Below, in pieces: positions 23,243 through 32,776 of a DNA stretch of 64,000 nucleotides. Within the stretch, counting starts at the first letter, position 1; each line of letters opens with the position of its first letter. The position numbers were made by a program, and so were the translations under genes. This stretch comes from Naegleria gruberi (lineage: Eukaryota), in assembly GCA_000004985.1 (NCBI GenBank), contig GG738878.1. One strand, 5' to 3'. The notes beneath the pieces were generated by a model. That model did no database searches. It was given only the letters and a program-made list of their open reading frames with translations, and was not told the origin of the DNA.

Positions 23243-24769
23243 TTATTTAAGTTTGTTCGGAAATCTGAAATTCATTCTATCAACATAGGTCCATAACTTC
23301 CTTGGATCCAACTGCTTCTCAATTGGACACTGATATTTCCATTTAGGAATGGATCCTTCTTGGAACTGAGTAGAAACTTCTAAATTACAACACCAAGTAT
23401 TGGCCAACAACTTTACAGTAGCACAATACAGAGCTTCATTCATTCTCAATCGTTGCTGAGTGGGAAGATAAAAGTACTCAATCATTGATCCAAATGGTCC
23501 AGAGATATTTCTAAATTCCTCCTTACTCGGTCTTGCTGAAAGCTTTTGCTTTTTAATGATTGACTCAACTGGTAAACCACATCCTGCCTTCTTTGAATAT
23601 TCTCCCAGCTCGTTCAGTAATTGATTGCAAACATCTTTTGAAATTGCATTCTCAATCACAACATATCCATATCTGTGAAAGAATTCCAAATGTCTTTGAG
23701 TGACAAGTTGCGAATGCTTGTTATACATTTCATCAAATTGAGATGATGGATCTTCATTAGTATTCTTTGAGAATAAGGTCTGAGAATGATTCTTCTCCCT
23801 GAATAGACATTCTCCGAGTGGAGTGAGCGGAATTAAATGTTCTGGATTGTTTGGATCCATGAATTTCTTTTCTAATTGGAATTCTGAACTGAAATCGTTT
23901 GGAGTTTCAAAGGTTTTTCTCTTCACACGTAAAGATTCGACTGTTTTCATATTGATTGGATGAGCCATTTCGAATGCATGATAGAAAACACATCTGGGAT
24001 AGCTCATATAGTTGAATTTTGAATTCTGATGTGGCATTCGAATATCAAAAAAGATGTAATCACCTCTTTGAATGGGTTCGTATGGAATCTTATCGTGTTC
24101 CTTGGCTATCTCTTTCAAATACTTGATATATTGGTCGACTTGATCTTGATCTGAATCAATTTCTAATCTAGTCACTTCCTTAGATGGTGGAGACCAATTT
24201 TTAGGTACTCGCTTGACCTTTCGTATTAATTCGAATAATGGACTATCCTCTTTATCATTCTCAACAAATTTCACATGATACGGACTCACCCAAGGTGATT
24301 TCTTCCTCATCGACTCTCCTTCCCTAAACTTTTCATCACAAGCTTCAAAATAACCATCAGCCGAAACTGTTGGAAATCCAGGAATAATCTCCAAACTACC
24401 TTCCTCCTTACTCTTATCCAAATCTCCATCCGAAAGACACAACATGGACTGGAAAGGTCTAAATCTATCCAATTTCTCATACTCATACTTTCTATTCAAT
24501 TTACCCCAGAGATTATACGGCCACGAGTCGAGATGAAGACCAGTTCCAGTTTGCCTCAAAGGAGTTGTGCTGGTTGTTGAAGACTTTTCGGATTCAACAA
24601 TTGCTGAGCTGGATGAGGTGAGAGTAGATTGTTTTAATTTACGTTTCTTTGTGGCTGTTGCATTATCTTGGTTTGGTTGTGATTTCATTTTTTTTGGTTT
24701 TAGTTTTTTTGTTTTTGCGAGTTCTAGTAAAAACTGGAAGTGATATTTCACCAACTTCATAAAATTCAT
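23243..24769 (-). CDS. Phytanoyl-CoA dioxygenase (PhyH)-like 2OG-Fe(II) oxygenase family protein.
   Basis: 508-aa ORF. The PhyH-like N-terminal signature FFHRYGYVVIENAISKDVCNQLLNELG is present. The assignment is moderate. Confidence 0.5.
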   Translation of the reverse strand: MNFMKLVKYHFQFLLELAKTKKLKPKKMKSQPNQDNATATKKRKLKQSTLTSSSSAIVESEKSSTTSTTPLRQTGTGLHLDSWPYNLWGKLNRKYEYEKLDRFRPFQSMLCLSDGDLDKSKEEGSLEIIPGFPTVSADGYFEACDEKFREGESMRKKSPWVSPYHVKFVENDKEDSPLFELIRKVKRVPKNWSPPSKEVTRLEIDSDQDQVDQYIKYLKEIAKEHDKIPYEPIQRGDYIFFDIRMPHQNSKFNYMSYPRCVFYHAFEMAHPINMKTVESLRVKRKTFETPNDFSSEFQLEKKFMDPNNPEHLIPLTPLGECLFREKNHSQTLFSKNTNEDPSSQFDEMYNKHSQLVTQRHLEFFHRYGYVVIENAISKDVCNQLLNELGEYSKKAGCGLPVESIIKKQKLSARPSKEEFRNISGPFGSMIEYFYLPTQQRLRMNEALYCATVKLLANTWCCNLEVSTQFQEGSIPKWKYQCPIEKQLDPRKLWTYVDRMNFRFPNKLK

Positions 24770-24847
24770 TAAACATATTCGATGAAAATTCGATAGAAAA
24801 TGGTAAATGGAAGAAAATGGTTAAAAAGGTATTTTACTTTCGAATAT

Positions 24848-25153
24848 TTATTTAGTCAACTTGGCATTATTAATAACAGATAATGGTTCATTTACATCGA
24901 AAACCTTTGCTTCTACATGATCCACTCCAAAATTCTTCAATCTTGCAGTATGCATTTCAAGATAGGCACGTGCAGTTTCTTCACTTTCGAATAAATAAAT
25001 TCCACCAGCTTCTTGGTTCTCCTTACTTTCGGTCCAAACTTTCCACAAAAATCCAGGTTCCCTATTGATCGATTCTGCTAATCCTTTCAACTGCTCCGAC
25101 ATTTCCTCACCGAAAGGTCCATTAAATTTAAAGTGCACTTGCAAGAGTTTCAT
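24848..25153 (-). CDS. YdhR-like small protein, a dimeric alpha/beta-barrel putative monooxygenase. This is a bacterial-type family.
   Basis: The 101-aa [46 protein letters not shown]...[43 protein letters not shown] is near-collinear with enterobacterial YdhR (MATLLQLHFAFNGPFG...[10 protein letters not shown]...GGIYLF...HTARLK...[10 protein letters not shown]). The comparison is from memory. Confidence 0.7.
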   Translation of the reverse strand: MKLLQVHFKFNGPFGEEMSEQLKGLAESINREPGFLWKVWTESKENQEAGGIYLFESEETARAYLEMHTARLKNFGVDHVEAKVFDVNEPLSVINNAKLTK

Positions 25154-25321
25154 TTTGTTTTGTTTTTTTTGTTTTTTCTGCTTTTTATTTTCAAGATCTT
25201 TTGATTTGGTAATGGTGTTTGAGTGGAGGAAAATTATTTATCCATTGTGAATGGATATTAGAATTTGTACGTGCGTGTTATTTATTGTTAAGAATTCGGC
25301 GAAATAGTTTTACAATTTTCA

Positions 25322-26296
25322 TTATTTGCTTGCAGAATTCTGTGCAACAGATTTGAATGAATCGAGCTCAAGTAATTCTGGATATTCATACTCAATTCTC
25401 AAATCTCTGTAATTGGCTGAGTAGTCTGTTTGTGAAAGGAAGCCGTGTAAGGAGAGTGCTTGCAATTTCAAATGTTCATCAAAACGATAGGATAATGGAG
25501 TACCTTCTAGAGCTTGTCCATTTTGTTTGATACATTCAAAAATAAAATTCCAATCACTTGTAATGTCGTTGTCAGCATAGCTGAGAATATTTCCTTGATT
25601 CTTGACACATTTCAATACAAATTCTCGATCCTTCTTGAGCTCATCTGATGCAAACAAGAAAGCTCTTTCATCATTTAGAGTAGCTCTATAGACAATCTCC
25701 TTATCATTTCGAAACTCCTCACAAACATGTTCCAATAGGGAGCCACATCTTCCAATTGATTTCAAAACAAAATCTCGATCACTTCCTAATTCAGGAACAT
25801 AACCCATTGCAAATCCAATGACATATTCGACATGGTTTCCTCCTTGATCAACAGCTTTCAGTAACAATTCCCTTGTTCTGACTCTTGGTGGAGTCAACTT
25901 GATAACATAACCATTCACCTTTAAACATTTCAACACAAATTCAGCATTCATTTTCAAATCTAAAGAAGCAAATTCAAATCCCTTTCCATCAGGCGTTTTG
26001 CTAATTAATTCCAAGATGAATTCCTGATCTTCTTTCAAATCAGATGAAATACGATGCATTATCCATGGCGAATCAAGGACTGCAATGGTTACAATTTCCC
26101 TGTTATTTCTCAATTCTAGAGAAGCAAATCTCAGTAATTCTCCTTTTTTGGAAACTGATTTTTTAACATAATCATAATCATTGGAAAATTCTATTGGTAT
26201 AAATTGTGTATTGATGATTTCCTTGTTGTAAATCCATCGGATTGTTGACTTGGAAATGGTTTCAAATTTTTTCTTTAAATATGTATTAGAAAACAT
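25322..26296 (-). CDS. DUF4116-repeat protein of 324 aa.
   Basis: It has repeated modules of the form FASxELKxDREFVLKCVKxNGxxL (ASLELRNNREIVTIAV, ASLDLKMNAEFVLKCLKVNG, ASDELKKDREFVLKCVKNQG). Confidence 0.6.
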   Translation of the reverse strand: MFSNTYLKKKFETISKSTIRWIYNKEIINTQFIPIEFSNDYDYVKKSVSKKGELLRFASLELRNNREIVTIAVLDSPWIMHRISSDLKEDQEFILELISKTPDGKGFEFASLDLKMNAEFVLKCLKVNGYVIKLTPPRVRTRELLLKAVDQGGNHVEYVIGFAMGYVPELGSDRDFVLKSIGRCGSLLEHVCEEFRNDKEIVYRATLNDERAFLFASDELKKDREFVLKCVKNQGNILSYADNDITSDWNFIFECIKQNGQALEGTPLSYRFDEHLKLQALSLHGFLSQTDYSANYRDLRIEYEYPELLELDSFKSVAQNSASK

Positions 26297-26471
26297 CTAA
26301 AATAATAGTGGCAATTTCATCATCATCATATTCATCTTCTGATGATGATCGTTTGATTTTTTTATTTTCTCCGAAGTAAAAACTGTCATCGATCTGCTTT
26401 CTCTTGTTTGACATTTTTTTTAAAGAATTTTTATTGTAAACTTTTATTCCACAACATGTCAGAAAAGCAAA

Positions 26472-28177
26472 CTATTCTTCTTCCTCCTCATATGTTTCTT
26501 CTTCTTCAGCAACAACTTCTTCCTCATTCAAAGTTAATTGAGCCTTTCTATTTTCCCAAACAAGAGTAACTTCAACATCTGAGAATTCTTCATCTCTACA
26601 TTCAGATTTAACATAGAATGTGTAATCTCCTTTTGGAACTCTTCTTCTTGTACCAGTAAATACATAGAGACCATCGCATTTGATTTCCAATTCTTCACAA
26701 CTTAATTCAAGATAACTGTTGAATTTGTCCATATCATCGTGAATCATTCTCAATGCAATGAGAACGTCACAAGTTCTGTCGACTGAAAGTGTGAATTGTT
26801 GAGTGAGAATGCATTCACCTTCCTCATTTTCACAAGTTTCGTCCTTTTCATCATGTTTGAGAATTTGTCTATAGGTAGGGAAATAGGACGATTGGTGAAC
26901 GTTGTGCAAGAGTTTTGGACTGAATTGATATCCGAATGAATTCTCGTCCTTATAGAAACATTCAATATCCACAATGTGGCCAACTGTCATTCTGGAGAAA
27001 CAATTAATAACATCATCAAAATGCATCCAAAAGACACCGTCATCCTTTTCTGCCTTATTTCTCTTTCTTCTTGATTTTGCATCAGTTGCTGTATCCACAA
27101 CAGGCAAAAGAACTGTATCTTTACACAACTCCTCAATGAGTTTTGATTGTCTAGTTACTCTCAGATTGAGTTCTCTCTTAACTTTTGTTGTCATCTCCTT
27201 AGAAGTATCAGACCAAGCTCCTTTCCATTCAGTACAACCCCAAGGATTTCTCAATCTAACCAATTGATTTCCATTGTAATCACAGGCATCAATGAGCGCA
27301 TAGTAATGTCCATCAACAATACCACTCTCTGTGGTGTTGGTATCACCGAGTCCAGATTCATTTTCTGAAGCAAAACCAATTGCATTACCATTCTTTACTC
27401 CTTTAAGAATTGATTTCCAAATGTCTTCTTTACACAATCCACCAAAAGGTTCTTCTTCTACACCTTCTTCTTCTTCCTCAGCAGTTTCCTCTTCTTCCTC
27501 TTCAACATACTCGTATTCACCTTCTTCCTCTTCTTCGTATTCTTCAGTTTCTTCTTCTTCTTAGCTTCCTCTTCACAATCACATTCCTCTTGGGTACAGG
27601 AAACGTGATTCTTCAAATATTCGAATTGAGGAAGGCAACCTGTGAAAATTTGAATTCCCAAAGTACCATCTCCACCATCAGTTTTATAATAACTTCCAAA
27701 AATTTTGGCAATCGCCTTCTCAACAATGGTAGGCCACAACTCATTTGGATTCTTTGATCTAACACCCAACAAGGATCCATCAGAAGAGACTGGAACATAA
27801 TCATCAATAGTGACATATCTCCACTCGTTTCTCCAGAACAATCTCAATGTATATTGTCCCATCTCAACATTTGCCTTAACAAACAAGTGAGCAATAATGT
27901 GTGGATATCTGGCAACAGCTGCTAACGAACTCAAAATCCAACAATTTCCAAAGCTTCCCTGAGCGATATCATTCACATCAATGCCATCACAAATAATCTG
28001 TGGATCATCACAAAGTTCGGAGAGTCTCATAAATCCATTATAATTCATACCTTCAAGATCTTCGTAGCCAAAAGATGTTTCATCGGCTGGAAAATCCAAA
28101 TCAACATACGGCTCTTCAAGAGGAGCCAAGTCTTTTTGCATTGAATAAAATTCCTCCTTACTTTGATAGGTTGTCAT
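26472..28177 (-). pseudogene. Calpain-like cysteine protease, paralog 2. The reading frame is broken once inside a (GAA/AAG)n tract near 27540-27575. Either a homopolymer assembly error or a pseudogene.
   Basis: ORF 27458..28177 carries the Cys motif GSFGNCWILSSLAAV. ORF 26472..27437 carries the His motif DGHYYALIDA, the Asn motif RLRNPWG and a C2-like tail. Both frames are E/K-rich across the junction. A 1-nt indel in ...GAAGCTAAGAAGAAGAAGAAACTG... would fuse them. No GT-AG intron fits. Confidence 0.7.
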
Positions 28178-28331
28178 TGTGTCTTAACGCCAATGAGGAT
28201 GAAATGTTACGGTATTTTTTTGTAATTTTTTATGTAATGTGGTTGTACTTTCAAGTTCATAAGCCAGTATTGCAACACTGAAAGATGGCCACAATGATGC
28301 GCACAAATTAATAAGAAAGTTTCAATAATAT

Positions 28332-31300
28332 TTATTTTTCGTGGAGTTTAGAAGAAACCCAGAATAAGGAATCTTCATTTTCTGGCATATCTTCATTAAT
28401 CTTTTCCAAACACTTCTTTCTGATAAGTTGATAAGAGGCCTTCTCCTTTGATTCTGCCATATAGCTCAATACATCCTCATTCTGATCCATAAATTCTATG
28501 GCTTCCTCAAATCTCAAGCTGAGGAATAATTCTCTCAGAGCTTGATAACCAGAGCACATTTTGATAAGATCTGGATTTGCATGTTCCTTTCTAGAGAGCA
28601 CACTATAAATATTGATTGGAATGGCCTTTCCCTTAACACAAACCACATCAACCCATTTACACAAGAATTTCTTGTGAACCTTTGCATAGACATTCTCACT
28701 GATCATTATTGAGGAACCATACATGGAATTGAGAGATTCGAGACGGGATGTTGTGTTGACTGTATCACCCAGACAAGTATAATTCATTCGGTCAACAGAC
28801 CCAATATTACCTATGAAACATTCTCCTGTATGAAGTCCTATTCTTATTTTCATATTAAAATTGTCAAAGGTTCCAGCATTCTTGTTAACACATATTAATC
28901 TCAACTTTTCCTTCCACTTGTTATTGAATGGAACTAGGCCCTCCTGACAAGCAAAGGCACTTTCAACAGCAGCTAATTCATGATCTCTTATAGGAACAGG
29001 ATCATTCCAAAAGGCCATAATTGAATCCCCAATAAATTTATCTACAGTTCCTTGGGTTTTCATGATAATATCTGTCTGTTGAGTGAAAAAGTCACACATT
29101 AGCTCTACAAGTGTATCAGGCGACATTTTCTCAGTCATGTTTGTAAAACTTGCAATATCAGAAAAGTAGAGTGTGACAGTTTTCCATTGAACACCCAACA
29201 TGGCTGGTTGTTTTGACTTGACAATAGTGGCAACAATATCATATGGCACATACTTGGAGAAACTATTCAAGCCTTTGCTCATTTGATTGACTGAGGAAAT
29301 AATGGAACGCACCTCTGAGAATGTAACAGGTACCTTGTCATCGTAACCTGTTTCTATATTCATCTGAGCAAGGTTGTCTACTCGTTTCTTCAATGAATTC
29401 AATGGACTTGTAATCAGTGCACTGACACAAATAGATATCATAACGGAAACTAAAACCAATACACACGACACGGCAACTACTGTGTAGCTTGTTTCTTGAA
29501 ATAGTGAAATATAACTACGTCTTGATGTTGAGTGGATAAGTAGCCAGTCTAATCCATTTTCAGTAATTGGCTCCACAGATACAAAATGAGCCTCACCACT
29601 AGAATCAACCAGGTAAATATTATTCGGAATGTTTGTCACATTAAGAGTGCCATTGATGCCATAATCTGTAAAAAGTTTTGTTGCAATTGAGGAGATGACA
29701 GTGTCATTTGCATTCTGTGCGAGAAGTAATGTCTGAGAACCTGACGAGTAGACCTGTTTCTGCTCTATTCCTTTACTAGATCCTAAAAGAGCTCCATCTT
29801 GTCTGATAACAAAAACTCTGTGATGATCCTCCTTGGCATATTCAGAATATAATTTCGTAGATAATTCAGAAAGTGAAAATATTACTGTCAAAACTCCTGT
29901 AAATTTGTTGTTGATATAGTAAGGGATAGAACAACCAATAGCCCATTTACCTGTAATAGTAATCTGGAAAATACTTGACCATACTGCAGTGTTGGAAGCA
30001 TCTAATCCTTTGGCCATTCTCTGTTCATCTATTGCTTTTAACTCATTCACACTAGAAAGAAGAACACCAAATCTACTTGATGATAATGGCATATTTCCTT
30101 CATAATATTGAATTTTTCCATTAGTCATCCTCCAAAAGTGCAACTTGTTTGTATTGTTATTTACAATGTACCTTTCTACTAATGAACCAGTTGGTGAATA
30201 GCTAACGTCAACCCCAGAATAATTTCCGTATAAATCTACAGAAAACATTTGATAAAACATTTCAGATTGAGCCACAGTATCTCTGAATAATTTCCTTAAC
30301 ATAGATTGATATCTTTCATTGGTTAGTGTATCTGTCAAGGAGAGGTTGGGCTCCAATTGAGTGAGTACAACTCTTGCCAAGTTTAACACACTCGGAGCAT
30401 AGTTGACCACTGAGGTCATCCAATTAGTTTTCATAAGATCCACTAGCTCTGAATTTGAATCAAATGCAATAGTATTAACTACTTGATACTCAGTGGTTAA
30501 ATACCCTGCGAGCCAAACTGAAATTCCAGTCACTACCACAACAGAAAGAAATACAATGAAAAGTACTATTTTGATGCTACAAACATAGTCGAAGCATTTT
30601 CTCTTGAAAACTTCCTTTTCTTCTCCAATGGATTCACTAACAAATGGCTCGGAAACAGATCTATTGGTAGAAACAACACTATTTCTATGATTATTTACAG
30701 TTCTTATGGATCTGGGTTGATCCTCACTACCTCTGTGGGCCATGTTTCTGTTGATATGATTGACTGTACCAAAAGAAAGTTGTAATGATTGAGGTCTATT
30801 AACAGAATTCCCATTTCTTTTTTTGTTGACTTGACGATTTGGAACCTTCTTTAAAACCTGTACCATAGTTGATGCAGAAGGAAGATCATCAACGATAATT
30901 TCGTTCTCCTCTTTAAAAGAAACTTGAACATTGTTCGCAGTAAGAGGTTCTGACCCTATTTCTTCTCTTGGAGTTCCAGGAGAGACCGCCACAATTGGGG
31001 AATTGGTTAAATTTAGTGCCTCTGACTTTTGTACTGGTTGAGAAGAAGATCTTCTTCTATTAGGATCATATTTTGTGGGTGGAAATGCAAATGACATGTT
31101 TACATCTTCCTCTCCGTCATGTTCCTCCATAGACTTAATTTTCTTTCCCAATTGTTTCTGAATAGTAAGAGGATCTACAACCAAATTATTTCTTGATGGT
31201 GAGGGAATGAGTTTTGGAGCTCTTGGTTGATCTCCTTCTTGACTTTGGCTCTGCCAACTTCCTACAAGCTGTTTTCTTCTAGAAGAATTAGCTCTAAACC

Positions 31301-32558
31301 TGTCATCACCATCGTCTTGTAAGTCGTCGCTCAACTCTCCTTGTTTAAAGAGCTCTACTATTGATTTTGCAGAGCCCATCATACTGGATTTCCTTGAAAT
31401 TCCACTAGTGTTTGACAAGGAGTTTTCATTGCCAAGAGATTTTCCAAAATATGAATTAACTGGAAGAGAATGAGTAATTCTTTCGGATGTGTCTGGTGTT
31501 GCTAAATGTATTGGATTGGTAGAATTAAAAGAAGGAGTAAATGAAGTACCAGTTGAGTGAACATCTGTCATTAGAGAATTGGGAGTGCTACAAGAAGGAA
31601 TGTGTTCCTCTACTAAGGCATTCAAATTAATATTTGTAATGGCCTCATCAGGATTAATATTCTCTGCAAATGAAAATTCATTCTTGAAATTATCCATCTC
31701 CTCATGTACCTCTTGATGATCATCTTGAATGGTAGAGACAGTCAGTATACTATCGAATTGTTGTTTCTCTACCTCATCATGAATATTAGTTTCATTCGAA
31801 TGTTCATTCTCAAGACTCTTCAATTCCGATGATAGAGTGGTATTATTATTACTATTTTCTAAATTAATACTATTACTACTAGTAGTCTCCACAATCGAAA
31901 CATTTACATCTTGCTCATCACCATCACAAACATCTTCAAATCTAGTTTTCTTTTTTATCAAATCATTCAATTCAACCTTGACCGTCGGAGGAGTACTATG
32001 AAGAATACTTTTCAATTCACGATGACTCGATTCTTGTTGTTCTCGTTCTTGTCCTTGTCCTTCCACAACAGCTTTACCGAGTGTCCTACCTCGAACATTG
32101 TTTTGTTGTTGATTTAAACTTGGTGCTTTTGATTCATTTTTTGCTTCTCTTGCAAAAAGATTTCGCGCCAAAGAAACGGAAACTGTTGGCGGCTGATTAA
32201 GTTTTGCTGATAATTCATTTTCGAATAATTCTTGTTGTTGGTGTGCTGAAGGTGATTGTGGTGGTGATTGAGGCTGGGAAGAAATGATGGTGGGTTGATT
32301 TCCTCGGAAGCTTCCATTCTTGGGTGAGTTGTTTCTAGAGCTCGAATTACTACCACTTGAATTGTTGTTGGTCATTGAGGTTATTCTATTGAGTTGGAGT
32401 TGTTTCTTAGGTGATGTAGGCGGTATTGATGATGATTGGCCTGAGGAGTTTGTTGTTTGTTGATTGGAAATTATACTGGGAGAGCTAGTGTTATTGTTGT
32501 AGGATCGCCTACCATCACTAGGTGTTCGTGTATTTCGATTATTCTTCATCATTGGCAA
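28332..32558 (-). CDS. Sensor-type class III adenylate/guanylate cyclase, 1408 aa. It has about 640 aa of N-terminal low-complexity sequence, then TM1, an extracellular domain of about 300 aa, TM2, a HAMP-like linker and the cyclase domain.
   Basis: Intronless 4.2 kb ORF. The transmembrane helices are IVLFIVFLSVVVVTGISVWLAGY and VVAVSCVLVLVSVMISICVSALIT. The cyclase core contains FSDIASFT, FIGDSIMAFWN, IRIGLHTGECFIGNIGS and CLGDTVNTTSRLES. Confidence 0.8.
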   Translation of the reverse strand: MPMMKNNRNTRTPSDGRRSYNNNTSSPSIISNQQTTNSSGQSSSIPPTSPKKQLQLNRITSMTNNNSSGSNSSSRNNSPKNGSFRGNQPTIISSQPQSPPQSPSAHQQQELFENELSAKLNQPPTVSVSLARNLFAREAKNESKAPSLNQQQNNVRGRTLGKAVVEGQGQEREQQESSHRELKSILHSTPPTVKVELNDLIKKKTRFEDVCDGDEQDVNVSIVETTSSNSINLENSNNNTTLSSELKSLENEHSNETNIHDEVEKQQFDSILTVSTIQDDHQEVHEEMDNFKNEFSFAENINPDEAITNINLNALVEEHIPSCSTPNSLMTDVHSTGTSFTPSFNSTNPIHLATPDTSERITHSLPVNSYFGKSLGNENSLSNTSGISRKSSMMGSAKSIVELFKQGELSDDLQDDGDDRFRANSSRRKQLVGSWQSQSQEGDQPRAPKLIPSPSRNNLVVDPLTIQKQLGKKIKSMEEHDGEEDVNMSFAFPPTKYDPNRRRSSSQPVQKSEALNLTNSPIVAVSPGTPREEIGSEPLTANNVQVSFKEENEIIVDDLPSASTMVQVLKKVPNRQVNKKRNGNSVNRPQSLQLSFGTVNHINRNMAHRGSEDQPRSIRTVNNHRNSVVSTNRSVSEPFVSESIGEEKEVFKRKCFDYVCSIKIVLFIVFLSVVVVTGISVWLAGYLTTEYQVVNTIAFDSNSELVDLMKTNWMTSVVNYAPSVLNLARVVLTQLEPNLSLTDTLTNERYQSMLRKLFRDTVAQSEMFYQMFSVDLYGNYSGVDVSYSPTGSLVERYIVNNNTNKLHFWRMTNGKIQYYEGNMPLSSSRFGVLLSSVNELKAIDEQRMAKGLDASNTAVWSSIFQITITGKWAIGCSIPYYINNKFTGVLTVIFSLSELSTKLYSEYAKEDHHRVFVIRQDGALLGSSKGIEQKQVYSSGSQTLLLAQNANDTVISSIATKLFTDYGINGTLNVTNIPNNIYLVDSSGEAHFVSVEPITENGLDWLLIHSTSRRSYISLFQETSYTVVAVSCVLVLVSVMISICVSALITSPLNSLKKRVDNLAQMNIETGYDDKVPVTFSEVRSIISSVNQMSKGLNSFSKYVPYDIVATIVKSKQPAMLGVQWKTVTLYFSDIASFTNMTEKMSPDTLVELMCDFFTQQTDIIMKTQGTVDKFIGDSIMAFWNDPVPIRDHELAAVESAFACQEGLVPFNNKWKEKLRLICVNKNAGTFDNFNMKIRIGLHTGECFIGNIGSVDRMNYTCLGDTVNTTSRLESLNSMYGSSIMISENVYAKVHKKFLCKWVDVVCVKGKAIPINIYSVLSRKEHANPDLIKMCSGYQALRELFLSLRFEEAIEFMDQNEDVLSYMAESKEKASYQLIRKKCLEKINEDMPENEDSLFWVSSKLHEK

Positions 32559-32776
32559 TCAAGTATAATGAAAGGAGTTTGGGATTCTTGGCTCAATGAT
32601 AAAGTTCTCTCTTTTTTTCTGTACAACTTGAAGGATGACATTAAGAGTTTGAAAGCAATCTAGCGTTGTACAATAAAAACTCACTACATCTCATAATTTT
32701 CAACAACCTTTTTTATCCTTACTTGGGAGAGATCTGTAAACCTGAAAATTTCTTACAAGGAAAGTGCGAAAGTAAT

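Noticed and set aside
26297-26425. 42-codon acidic ORF (MSNKRKQIDDSFYFGENKKIKRSSSEDEYDDDEIATIILDVF) immediately upstream of, and overlapping, the DUF4116 gene start. Possible uORF or N-terminal exon.
   Set aside because: No GT-AG pair joins it in frame to the DUF4116 ORF. It could be a uORF or a piece lost through a frameshift, but there is no evidence either way.
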